A DNA stretch of 64,000 bases from Pocillopora damicornis (taxonomy: Eukaryota), in assembly GCF_003704095.1 (NCBI RefSeq), contig NW_020845585.1, positions 62,001 through 126,000 on the forward strand, read 5' to 3'. Position numbers and translations under genes: made by a program. The notes beneath the pieces were generated by a model. That model was not told the origin of the DNA. It saw only the letters and a list, made by a program, of their open reading frames with translations, and did no database searches. Each line of letters begins with the position of its first letter. The stretch's first letter is position 1. This document shows positions 26,581 to 37,740 of the stretch, piece after piece.

Positions 26581-26990
26581 GAGGCATTGGGGCCTATTAG
26601 AAACCGCAAAACCGTAGAAAAAAACCATCCAGAACCAAAAAACCGAAAAAATTCGACCAAGACCGAAAACCGCATGCAAAACTGTCAAAACCGATACATT
26701 TTCACATCCCAGTTATTAAAACCCTGATCGATCCGATACAGTGGTGACAAGTGGAACATACAGAGTAAACTACATTAATTCCACTCAAGACGCGTGAACC
26801 CCCAAGGGATCCCTTCGATATTTCAATTTGTTTGTCACGCATTCCTCTCAATAACATTTGCGTTTAGCGTTTATTCAATAGGAAAAACCAAAAACTGCAT
26901 CGGATATCAAATTCGAAAACCCGTCGGTATTTTTCATGAAAACCGAAAACCAAATGCTAAAAAACGGGAAATCCGTAAACCGCAATAATC
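26581..26990. repeat. Dispersed repeat rich in AAAACCG units (likely non-autonomous DNA transposon remnant)
   Basis: Many AAAACCG/AAACCGCA iterations; no coding potential. Confidence 0.5.
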
Positions 26991-27309
26991 CGTGTACCTT
27001 AGTGCCAACCGATTTTCAATTGTAAAGGAAAATGAAACTCAAATTTTATTTTCGTTTTTCGTTTGTCTTTGCAGTAAAAAAACGATAATGGACTTTCATT
27101 TTGGTTTTTTATTTTTCCCCGTCGGGAAGGAAACGGAATTCAAATTCACTTAATGCTCTCCGTTTTTCTTTTTCTGTAGCTCAAAAAAAAAACGGATTTT
27201 AATTTTCTTTTTCGTTTAAAAGTTAAAGGTAAAACATATTGCTCATATCATGCGATCCAAGAATAAAATATCTAAAAAAGGAGTAAAAATATTATCCCTA
27301 AGCTGACTT

Positions 27310-29450
27310 AATTTAAAATGTTTATACAAAGCATTCTTCAAAGTATTTACAGATTGAGAAGCGCGTAGCCTAAGGGGGAGGTGATTCCAACATCTTGAGG
27401 TTGTTGCAGAAAACGTGCGGCCTCCCTCTTTCTCTCTAATGTATCTTCAAGGTAAAATTGTTAAATTAGCACCTCGTGTATTTCTGCTGTGCTGGCTGTT
27501 TGTTTAGTTCTAACAGTTCGTTTATATAGGCAGGGCAAGTACCCATAATCTTCTTGTAGACCATTAAGCATCTTTTGATGTCAGACTCGATGTTATATGG
27601 CACCTACCCTAAAGTACTAATTACGTTGTTGGGCGTCAAGGACGATTCGAGCACAGCGTTTCTGCAGCTTAAATATCTTATTTATATCATCATGACTACA
27701 GCAGCTTGTCCATGTTACACTGCAACATATATCAGTGGATTAATAAAAGAATTATAAAGTGTACGCTCTGCTCATGGTAAGTAAGCCTTAATTTTGTTAA
27801 GTATGCCGATTCGCTTTGAAAACTTCTTACATAAAGAGTCGATATGAACATCGAAACTGAGCTGTTCATCAAGTTCAAGGCTTAGCAGCTTGACATTCTT
27901 GACCTGTTCCAATGTGCTTCCCTTGAGCTCTATCTTGAGCTTGCGATCTTCATTACTCAGTTAAACGTTTTCGTAGGCGCAGTCCATCAGTTCGTATTGT
28001 CTTCGTCTCGGAACAATTTGGCACAAAACAGAGGCAGTTTGTTGTTTGTTGCCCACTCATCGACGAGGGAGAGTGTTCTTGAGCTCTTCTACATTTATAT
28101 AATAAGAAGAAGCGAGGAGGGTGGTGTCGTCAGCAAACATGCCGTCATTTCGCGTGTGAACATTTAAGGGCAAGTCATTTATGAACTACACAAAAAGTAA
28201 GGGACCCAATATGGAACGGTCGATGTCTGTCCTTTGAATGAAACCAGTTGAATACGATTGTTTATATATGACTTGAGTAAGTAAAGTAAAAGTGCTCCTA
28301 TCCAGTTTATTGGCCTTAAGCTTGCTAAGTAGAGTCACGTGATCTACCATGTCAAAGGCCTTTTGTATAATTAACTAGAACCATACCATTGATATGGTTT
28401 TTGTCCAGATTGAATCGCAGAGTATCAACTATATAGGCAAGCGCTGTCTCTGTGCTGTACTGCTTTCTAAATCCGGACTGGTTCTTATAGATGAGGTCGT
28501 GCACATTTAGATATTCAGACAAATGGTCATGCACATGACGTTCGATGATTTTAGACAGCACGGGAAGTACTGAAATAGGCCTATAGTTATTTACATCATC
28601 CATGGATGGCAGTCACTATGGCTCTTTTCCAATGACAAGGAAAAGTCCCCGATGAAAGCGATAGGTTGATTAGCTTTGCTATTGACGGCGCTAGTAAAGA
28701 GCACAACTGATTCCGTCAACTTCAGTTGCTTTGTTGGCTGGAATTTCAGTAAATATGCCTTCACCATATCAGCTGTGACCAGAGGTATAGTGAATTGTGA
28801 TTCTACAGGTAGCCTTTCGCTAACAAACTATCTGAGTTTGTCAAGATTGCAGCCGTTTGTGGCCAGGAGAGATCGTTTCGCTTTATCTGCAACAGCTGTA
28901 AAGTGCAGATTGAAATAATCCGCTATGTTTGCCGCTGTTGAGATTATCTTTTCTTTGGTAACTTTAAGAAATTCTGGTTGACGGGTTGGTCTCCTCCAAG
29001 GGATCTTATTAACTTCCAAATACATTTAGAGTTCCCTTTGCTATTCTGAAACGACGCCTTGAAGTAGTTTCCTTTTGCTTGTGATCATATTGGTGGCCGG
29101 ATTTCGCGCACCGCGAAACCTTGCCCATGCGTCAGCGGTGTTATATGCCCTGGCTAATTTCAATTGGGTGTCTCTTTTTGACAGCTGATCTAAAATGTCT
29201 CTTGTTAACCGTCGCGGCTGCTTGACTTTAAGAACCCGCTTATGCATGATAGGCGCGTGCATATCAATTGCCTGAAATATTTCCTGCCCCGGCAGATGGT
29301 CTGAAAGAGCATATTTTAGCACCAGTACATCTACAATATTCTTGCTCCTATTTGTATAAATATGATCCAAACAAGTTCCTCTCGCGAGTATTATTACGTA
29401 AATTATTAGCTGGTCAAAGCGCATGGTCTTGAGACCTTTTGTCATGTATA
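27310..29450 (-). mobile_element. Decayed CR1/L2-type LINE ORF2 (endonuclease + reverse transcriptase), frameshifted
   Basis: TCLDHIYTN and LSDHLP (APE endonuclease), NYRPISVLPVLSKIIER, NQSGFRK..STETAL, KAFD-like, SILGPLLF, MFADD (~28130) and C-terminal RTFS....WNHLP occur in order, broken by stops and frameshifts. Confidence 0.92.
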
Positions 29451-31549
29451 CAGTTCTTGGATCAAGGTAACAATGGTGAAAACAAAAGATTGCCTGTGCG
29501 ACTACAGACTTTGGACAAAATTTTAAATACTTAAGAAGTTGAATAACATCAAAGCGCTACTCTTGAAGCCAAAGTTTTTTCTCCCTTGTACTCTACAAGT
29601 TAGGCTGCGTGGAAGATGTTTCATTAGAGGGTTTGATTAGCAGAACTGAATATCTTCCAATGGTTGATCCAGGTAAGTTACCTCTTGGGTTATCGATTAA
29701 GCAGCAATGGTGCAACATAACCGCACATTTCGCAAAGCGCGATTTCTTACCGATTCACGCAACTGTGTCCAACAAGTTTTGTAAAGCTTAGTGTTTAAAT
29801 AGTATATCGAACGAAGAAATAATTTGAGATGGTTCGGCAGGTCGAATTTAACACTTTTGCCTGAAGTTTTTAAGTCTCTAATACAGAATCTTGAAGTGAA
29901 ATGTTCAGTGAACTTAGCCGAATTATGGCTCATAAAACAACACGCGAGTTTTTTTCACATGACAAGGTAGAAAACAAACTGTTCAAGGCGAGTGTTTTTT
30001 GAATGAACGACAGCCGAATTCACCGGAACATGAAGATCGCTAGGGATGACAGCGCGTCAAAACTCGGCTGCAGTAACAGATGTGACTTTCCACTCAACGC
30101 ATCGGAAAGGATATCAGAGCAAGCTCTTATTTTTTCACTCGAAGGGTGGCCCATGTGGTTTCTGAGGCTTGCTTTACTGTGATGACCGGAGATCGCCATG
30201 ATGAGCGAGCCGCTATGGACTTCAGCATGATCATATTCGCTCAGACACCGTCATGATTAGAATGAATTTTAACAGTTCTGCCAGTTTGGTTATATTTTTC
30301 ATCATTTCTGTTTTGTTCTGTTTTGTTTTTGAAGACTGAACTTTATATACTGTATGAGTGTTAGCTGTGTTTGATTTTTATTTCCGTACGTAAGCTTGCA
30401 ATCTAACTGAAAGTGAATTAATCTTTAAACTCGGAATGTCTATTTTGTTTTTCCTTTGAGGATTTTCGTATCTGCTCACGTTTTAATAACGTAAATTACG
30501 GCGCCTGGTATGTTTACAAACCTTTGTTTGGTTCTTCTGTTGCTTGTTGCCGGCTCGCTTGTTCCGAAATTTCACTTTCAATTATCGGAAAAAAAGCTAA
30601 AAAGAAGTCCCGGAAAAGGTCAAACATAGTACAATTTGGCAGATGGCGCGACAGCTTTAGCTCAGCTCTACGCTCTATATTCTCATAGGACACACTCTTT
30701 CAACCAATGACAGCGCGCGTTTTAACCGAACTTTATTATGATAAAAAGTAGCACGCGTAGGACGATTTTCCGTAAGGCACCTTATTTTGTCGACAATAAC
30801 CATGGCATAAAATGACGTTTTTCGTCGTTTCTTTGAAGTACCCCTATTTTGTGGTCCCTGTATTAAGCGCCATTACCCGTGGTTTCGTTATATTTTGAGA
30901 ACGCTCTGTTTTTAATTGGCGGTCATGACAGCTTTAAAACGTTGATGGGATGGAATGATTGCGTGACGTACAAGTCTGACATGACAACGTCTGCGTTCTC
31001 ATAGAAAAGCGTCACGTCTACTGACCTCACGTGCTCTTACATGAGGCGAGTTCGCATCGCGTTGAAGCCGTTAGAATGTGAGAAAAAACGTTTGGATGAA
31101 ACGGTATAACGCCATTTCGTCAAGAAGAAAACAGAGGCTTTTGCACTGGGCCTGGACCAAGGACGCAATCATTGCTGTGAGTAGGACTTTCAGTCGCCTT
31201 TAGATGATCAAGTTACCAGACGGTCGAACTGGTTGTTTTGAATTTTCATCTTCCTTCCCACCAATTATCATTTAGAATTCTTCAGTATCCTTGATGTGGG
31301 ACAGCTTTTGAATCAGGGTAAATGCAACTGATGTTGATTTTAAAGCTGTAAATACTTTCGTGAATAAACTCATCGGTCTTCGTTGATTAAACTTTGCATA
31401 ATAGTGTATTCATCGATCCAGATTGTGAAAAATAATTTATGCTTTCGGAGAATCCTATGCTCAAGTTACAGAACACATAAATATAATTGTTATGACCAAC
31501 CCTTTCGATCTTAGGCTAAAATTGTTTTGTTTAAAAAAACTGCGAGGAT

Positions 31550-31995
31550 ATGGCAAAATCGTTGGTATATTTGAGGCGACATAAACTAAAACTATTGATG
31601 TTATTGCTATTATGCTCGATTGTTTGCCATCTTCTAATTTTGGGATTCAGCAGTGCCAACAACTCAAATTCTGTGCTTTTACAAACGTTCAGTCTCACCA
31701 GACTGGACAAACGCAATGGAACTTCAGATAGTGTGGCTTCTGATTATGTGAATGATCTTCGCAGTAGTGTGGCTTCTGATTATGTGAATGGTCTTCGTAG
31801 TTGGGTGGCTTCTTTAAATGCCTTGTTATACACTGGAGAATGGCAAAATTCATTTTCTTTCATCTACTCGAACGGTGGATCAAGCCCACCAGGCGTGACG
31901 GATGAAAATAATCGCTACGTGATGGTTCTACCTTTTTCAAAAACAGAGGAGAAGGCTTTTAACGATTTGGCCGAAGACGATAAACTCTCCCTTTT
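31550..31995 (+). CDS. N-terminal half (type II membrane anchor + stem) of FKRP/LicD-like gene copy 1; runs into gap
   Basis: MAKSLVYLRRHKLK followed by hydrophobic LLMLLLLCSIVCHLLILGF; open up to the N-run. The link to the LicD halves is inferred from geometry. Confidence 0.7.
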
Positions 31996-32095
31996 NNNNN
32001 NNNNNNNNNNNNNNNNNNNNNNNNNNNNNNNNNNNNNNNNNNNNNNNNNNNNNNNNNNNNNNNNNNNNNNNNNNNNNNNNNNNNNNNNNNNNNNN
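31996..32095. other. Assembly gap (100 N)
   Basis: Run of N; a placeholder length. Confidence 1.
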
Positions 32096-32668
32096 CTTTG
32101 TAATAAATCGACACCAGGACGATTCCAGCGAATCCTTCATTTGATTATAAAGTTTTTCCTGGTGCAACTCATGATCCGCTCGTTTGTGTTCAGTTAACGG
32201 TTGTAAACATGTTGCGCCGTCGAAACGGACCGTCACATCGAGAAATTCATACAGCGTCAAAAGGGAGAGTTTATCGTCTTCGGCCAAATCGTTAAAAGCC
32301 TTCTCCTCTGTTGTTGAAAAAGGTAGGACCATCACGTAGCTATTATTTTCATCCGTCACGCCTGGTGGGCTTGATCCACCGTTCGAGTAGATGAAAGAAA
32401 ATGTATTTTGCCATTCTCCAGTGTATAGCGAGGCATTTAAAGAAGCCACCCAGCTACGAAGATCATTCACATAATCAGAAGCCACACTATCTGAAGTTCC
32501 ATTGCGTTTGTCCAGTGTGGTGAGACTGAACGTTTGTAAAAGCACAGAATTTGAGCTGTTGGTACTACTGAATACCAAAATTAGAAGATGGCAAATACCC
32601 GAGCATAATAGCAATAACATCAACAGTTTTAGTTTATGTCGCGTCAAATATACCGACAATTTTGCCAT
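32096..32668 (-). CDS. N-terminal half of FKRP/LicD-like gene copy 2; runs into gap
   Basis: Close paralogue of 31550-31995 in the opposite orientation, open to the gap. About 350 bp of upstream DNA is also duplicated. Confidence 0.7.
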
Positions 32669-33003
32669 ATCCTCACAAATTTTTTTGAACAAAACTATCC
32701 ACTGTTTAACCGAAGATCGAAAGCGTTGGTGACAAGAACTATACTTATGAGTTCTGTGACTTAAGCATAGGATTCTCCAAAATCAAAAATTATTTACACA
32801 ATCTGGACGAAGACCGATGAGGTTACCGGTATTCATGAAAGTATTTACAGCTTTAAATCAACATCAGCTGCATTTATCCTTATTCAAAAGCTGTCCCAAT
32901 AATTCGTAAGAGTTTCCGGAGTCACATCAAGGATACTGAAGAATTCCAAATAACAACTGGTGGAAATGATGAAAATTCAAAACAACCAGTTTGCGCTCTA
33001 ACC

Positions 33004-33104
33004 TGGTGTAGAAGACACAGTATTCGTCACACTATTGTTTTCATTGTTTTCGTATTTCCGGTTGTGATGAATCTTATTGTGACGTAACCGTGTCTTCTAC
33101 ACCA
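33004..33104. mobile_element. ~100-bp MITE-like element
   Basis: Perfect 15-bp terminal inverted repeat TGGTGTAGAAGACAC ... GTGTCTTCTACACCA. Confidence 0.65.
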
Positions 33105-34030
33105 ATTAAGAGCCACCCGCTTTACCTAATCTGCGACGCTTATCTATGACCACACAGACGTCCTCAGACTTGTCACATCATGCAATCATTCATTCAAATC
33201 AAAGTTTGCAAGGGTCAAAGTAACATCAACCTTAAGGAGGTCACGGCTTTGGATGTTGCGTTTCGAAACCTTTCGTATTTTCGGGCGGCACGAATTTAAC
33301 GGAAGTTGAAACGTTAAAAATCAACCGTGAACCGCTGAATAAACTGTCTCGATGTGATGACGAAAACTGCCACGTTGTCGAAAATAGCGGTAAATTTCGA
33401 TTTTACGATTTCTGTGAATTATGGCTACCTCTATGATTTTGAGAACGTTAAAATAATTAAAGGGATTTAAAGGGACCAAAGGATTTCAGGTGGAAAGGTA
33501 AGCTGCAGTCCTGACTTTGTAGTGAAAATAAAGCAGTTCAGAGTCGGTTAAAGAAAATTAAATTGTACTGAATTAAATACTTTTCATGGAAGGTCAAACA
33601 AACAAAGAAAGGAAGGTTTGTTCTTCCAAAAAATGAATGACCAAATCAACATTGGAAAAATAACATCTACCTAAGGGTCGGCGCTGTTTCATTTAACATC
33701 CAACTAAAGGTATTTAGGTTAAAGGTCTGACAAACAGGAGAAGAAGACTTGACCACAAATATTAAACGCGAACTTTTTTATGTCAGAGTCCAAAGGTTAA
33801 AAAAAAAGAAAAGAAAATATATATTTGAGACGTAATCCATGCATTATATCTGGATGCATTCATTTATAATACGGCGATACTGTAGAGTAAAGTATGAAGT
33901 CGTATCTTATCTCATCGAATTATCAACCGTGCTAAGGGTTTCTTTCAGTGCGCGTCGACTTCTCCCGTTGCTTCAGTGGCAGAGACTTCTGGCACTGCAA
34001 GTGGTTTATCTGATTTGTACTTTTTAATAG

Positions 34031-34445
34031 AGGTCCGCACTGAATCGCACATAATTTTCTGGGAAGATTCACAGCCTGTTAAGGGACAGAAATTAAATTT
34101 CGACGGCATTCCTTTTATGATTATCGGAACAGCCGTATATGACTGCCATCAGGGAAAAGACAGAAATCTGGCGTTGAAGAAGCGCATCAAAGGAGAAGAA
34201 ACGAAGTTGAGAAGCTAAATCTCCAAAATTAGACATCAAAAACTTTAATGCAACAGCTTTTGATTTGGTTGAAAAGGTTTAATAAAAAGTTTCTACTGCT
34301 ATCTTTACTTTTCGTCTTAAAGATGAAATCTGGAGATCATTGTGGAGGGCCCATTTCAAACAGAGTCACACAAAATACAAAGAAACTGGACTGTTCAGCA
34401 CGGATCATTGTGAGGGAAGTGGTCATGTTCCCTTCATGCCATCGG
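34031..34445 (+). pseudogene. Truncated CaRF-like (calcium-responsive transcription factor / MULE-related) DNA-binding domain, two exon-like pieces
   Basis: LNFDGIPFMIIGTAVYDCHQGKDR and TKKLDCSARIIVREVVMFP match the CaRF pattern DGIPF...ECQYG...TCPARIYIKKVQKFP. Acceptors at 34030 and 34322; similarity stops abruptly after VMFP. Confidence 0.7.
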
Positions 34446-34559
34446 AAACAGGAAAAGCTGTAAGCAAATGGAAAACTTTTCCCAAGGATACAACTGATCA
34501 TCTCTTTAGTGTGAGAGGCCGTGAAAACAAATTAGTTTCAGTGCCTTTTCTTAACATGT

Positions 34560-35145
34560 GGAAGTATTTTTCAAGTGCTGAGCTTACCTCCCGTCTTCAG
34601 TTTTTGGTTAGTTGGGATTTTTTCTGCATCTCTCTGATATGGGTGTGTTGTGAGAGTTGTTTGACGCCAAATCCATTTGCTTAAATCAGGTAGTAATGCA
34701 AAGTAGAACAGAAAAGGTGCACATTTAACACAGAGTCACATGTAAGCTTTGTCAATACCGTCAAAACTGACAACTTTTGGATCAACATTGGGCCGAATAA
34801 TTAGCGACTCTTTTTTTCAACAGTTCAAGAAAAGGTGGCTAAAAAAACGTGTCGATCATCGAGTATCACACATTTTTCCTACACCGTCTCGGACAGAATT
34901 GGCCTGACTAATCATCACGATTATCTGTAGAAAATTTACATTAATTGGCAGTTTTACGGTTGGTACTTCTCTTACTACATAAAAAAGGTTTATACCGCCG
35001 TAAAAAAACAACATCAAAGCTTAGCCATTGGTCCCATACATGCATTTCAACACTAGACACGAAGTGATTGAGAAACAGATGATCAACATGGACGCCATCA
35101 TGGCGAAGTTCATCACAGATATGACTTCGTTTCCGAACACCCTGA
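34560..35145 (+). pseudogene. DUF229-like pseudogene fragment
   Basis: Reverse-complement homologue of 43740-44350 and 39960-40450, encoding KPLVPYMHFNT and MINMDAIMAKFITDM, with stops and frameshifts. Confidence 0.65.
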
Positions 35146-35567
35146 GATGAGACGGCTCGGGGTGGGATGGGGTGAATTGTGATGAGTGGGATGGGTGAAG
35201 TAAAGTGGGACTGCATGAGGTGCTTTGAGCCAAGGCCAGTGGGATGTGTAGAGGTGCGGTTGGTGGAGTGGGGTGGGGTGAGATAAAACATTTGAACTGA
35301 CGAGGGCGAATTGGTGCGATGGGAGGAGAGGGGTGGGAGAGTTCAGGCAACACGAGGGAAGTTTGAGGGGAGGAGTGCAGTGGGTGGAAAATTTGTAAGG
35401 TAAAAACTTATGAAAACGTGCCTTAATTTAAACTGATTTTTATATTGATTTTCCCCTTTCAGGAAACTGTAACTCACACACAAAACATGGCTATGGGAAC
35501 TGCATACGCTTGGTTGGAAAATCATTTGAAAAGATTGTCAAGCGATTTTGAGGGGAATACATTTTGA
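35145..35567. repeat. G-rich (GGGTG/GGGAT) dispersed repeat; inverted second copy at 42740-43150
   Basis: Direct reverse-complement similarity, also visible as paralogous spurious ORFs (MIFQPSVCS..., MLPELSHPS...). Confidence 0.85.
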
Positions 35568-35568
35568 C

Positions 35569-35629
35569 CGTTGTCACGGTATTGTTTGATCGTTGTCACG
35601 GTATTGTTTGATCGTTGTCACGGTATTGT
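35569..35629. repeat. 22-bp tandem repeat, ~2.8 copies
   Basis: Unit CGTTGTCACGGTATTGTTTGAT. Confidence 0.9.
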
Positions 35630-35885
35630 GAATACCGCGGTTCTCTTACTGGGAAGTTAATAGGCCCTACAAACTATATCGAGGTAAATTTTTTGCAGTA
35701 TCTTTGGAATATATGGAGTAAATACCAAAATTGGAAGCCTTGCAATTTTATTTAAATTTACATTGCGTTTCGTTTAGCAGTCCCTGATTCTACACCTGAC
35801 GACACTTGAACAAATATTAAAATGTTCCTATAAACGTAATGAATAAAATATTTAATCGGCGAAGCTGGCGGTTGAAACAAAACGG

Positions 35886-36071
35886 TTTGGTTTTATCAAC
35901 TGCGTTAATAAGAAAAATTGGCCACCGTAAAAAGGTATCTAAAGCTGAAGTTTCGAACGTTATCTCTTAATCATTTGCGAAGCGCTAACGGACTTAATAT
36001 TTGAAACGTCAACTTTTGAAACTCTTTTCGTTGGCCAATTCACATATATCGACTCCGTTGATAAAACCAAA
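35886..36071. mobile_element. Palindromic (fold-back) repeat with degenerate hammerhead-like cores
   Basis: Arms TTTGGTTTTATCAAC / GTTGATAAAACCAAA, inner AATTGGCCA / TGGCCAATT, and AAAGCTGAAGTTTC / GAAACGTCAACTTT. Confidence 0.7.
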
Positions 36072-36080
36072 TTTTATTAA

Positions 36081-36172
36081 CGGTTCAAATCCCGTACAGG
36101 CCTGGATTTTTTTTGGAGCCTTATTTCACTACAAGTAGTGTTAATAACTGCGAAGATCGCTTCCATATTCAT
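36081..36172 (+). mobile_element. 5'-truncated tRNA-derived SINE; paralogous copy on - strand at 39829-39921
   Basis: Starts at B-box-like GGTTCAAATCCC. The body ...TACAGGCCTG..TTTTTT..GCCTTATTT.CACTAC...ATAACTGCGAAGATCGCTTCCATATTCATG is shared with the second copy. Confidence 0.7.
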
Positions 36173-36629
36173 GTACAAATTATATTGTTCCTATAAACAG
36201 TCATGCAAAACGAAACTCCTAACGAAATCGTGAGCAAGAAATACCCAACTAAGAGGAGACGAAACAGAAAATTGCCACAATCCAAGAAAAATTCCTATTG
36301 CTAGAAAGGGCACCTGCCTGCCAGAGATTGTTACCAAAGACAAAACCTGCAGCGAACCTGAAACGTGACAGATTGCAAGGCAGATAAATTAATCTACATA
36401 AGAGACGACATGCGTTAACACGCGCGTCGGAGAAAGCGAACTTCCCACGAGCGAGTGTGGGTCTGTTTTACTGCCCACCCGTTTTATTCGGCTGCTTAAT
36501 GTACAGGCTATCATATCTAGGGGGAAAATTGACACTCTTGTGAGCTGTGACAAATGAAAAAGTGAAAAATGGCATTTGTCTAAATTAGGAGGGAGCAAAA
36601 CTTTGCAACACTTGCGGTCAGAAAGTTTG

Positions 36630-37640
36630 TTAGTCTGAGCAACCAAACCATTCTCCTCCATGAGCTGGTTGAAGATAACCTTTGCCATACCAATTAGTTA
36701 ACTCATAGTCAATGTCCTTCAGAGTAACAAATTGTTCATTGTTAATGGTAGCAAAAGCGGATCCGTTCAACCAAACGGAAGGGGAAATATAAAAGTCGAC
36801 GTAACGACGTTCTCTCCAGCGTGATGAAACAGGCAGCATACCCTGTACGGCTTGCTCAATATCGCTGCTAAATAATAAATTATTACCTTCTAAATCATCA
36901 GGGCCATCAAAAAGGGAAGCTGTGTCAACCTCTATATAAGGTGCCATCAGCATATGGGCTCTTGGTATACCCATATAAGATATCCCTAAATAATAATGGC
37001 TGCCCTTTGTCCTTAAAAGTTCTGCAATAGATGAATAGGTCGAAGAATTACCGTAGTCAGCCTTCGTAAGCGCGATATCAACATCACACGTCCAAGGTAT
37101 AACAGTCTGACTTCTAACTGCACCTAACAGAGTACCATAAATAACCCGATAATCTACACCAAGTTGGGTCAGTGCCCATGTTATATCTTTCAGCATTTGA
37201 AATAAGACGATCCCGCAACAAATCGGTGCTGCCACGCTGGACAGCTCTGTTGGCTTAACATAGGGTTTCTCCGGGCATAATTTCCAGTTTGACACACACG
37301 TTGTCCATTCAATTCGATTGTTTGTGACGATGCGAAGAATATTGAATTTATTTCCAAAAGCGGCGTACTCCGGGACATCGTTTGAACCCTCTAATGTTCC
37401 ACGATCCACGCGCGCTATTTCGTGTGTCCAACTGCAATTTGAAAGTTTCGCTATCTTTAGCTCGCCTTTAGATCGAACAAAAAATTCTAACAAAGCCATT
37501 CTACCAAATCCGTTGAGCAATCCTCCATAGCGATGAAACACGTCACCTCTCATCACGAAAGGACCTTGTGCAACGTTACAAACTTGGTACACAATCAGTA
37601 TGCCGTTCGCTAAGTCCGGAAACGAAAATTTGTTTGAAGA
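36630..37640 (-). CDS. C-terminal half of an FKRP/LicD-family phosphotransferase; 5' end lost in gap
   Basis: EWTTC-x6-C...PICC zinc-finger-like segment followed by YRVIYGTLLGAVRSQTVIPWTCDVDIAL, the LicD nucleotidyltransferase motif, arranged as in FKRP. Confidence 0.85.
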   Translation of the reverse strand, partial: SSNKFSFPDLANGILIVYQVCNVAQGPFVMRGDVFHRYGGLLNGFGRMALLEFFVRSKGELKIAKLSNCSWTHEIARVDRGTLEGSNDVPEYAAFGNKFNILRIVTNNRIEWTTCVSNWKLCPEKPYVKPTELSSVAAPICCGIVLFQMLKDITWALTQLGVDYRVIYGTLLGAVRSQTVIPWTCDVDIALTKADYGNSSTYSSIAELLRTKGSHYYLGISYMGIPRAHMLMAPYIEVDTASLFDGPDDLEGNNLLFSSDIEQAVQGMLPVSSRWRERRYVDFYISPSVWLNGSAFATINNEQFVTLKDIDYELTNWYGKGYLQPAHGGEWFGCSD

Positions 37641-37740
37641 NNNNNNNNNNNNNNNNNNNNNNNNNNNNNNNNNNNNNNNNNNNNNNNNNNNNNNNNNNNN
37701 NNNNNNNNNNNNNNNNNNNNNNNNNNNNNNNNNNNNNNNN
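37641..37740. other. Assembly gap (100 N)
   Basis: Run of N; a placeholder length. Confidence 1.

Noticed and set aside
31170-33000. A real giant palindrome or hairpin centred on gap 1 (and likewise gap 2)
   Set aside because: Both symmetry centres fall exactly on assembly gaps, and a single contig flip explains both.
34941-35525. Pro/His-rich short ORFs
   Set aside because: They are translations of the G-rich repeat and recur in its second copy.
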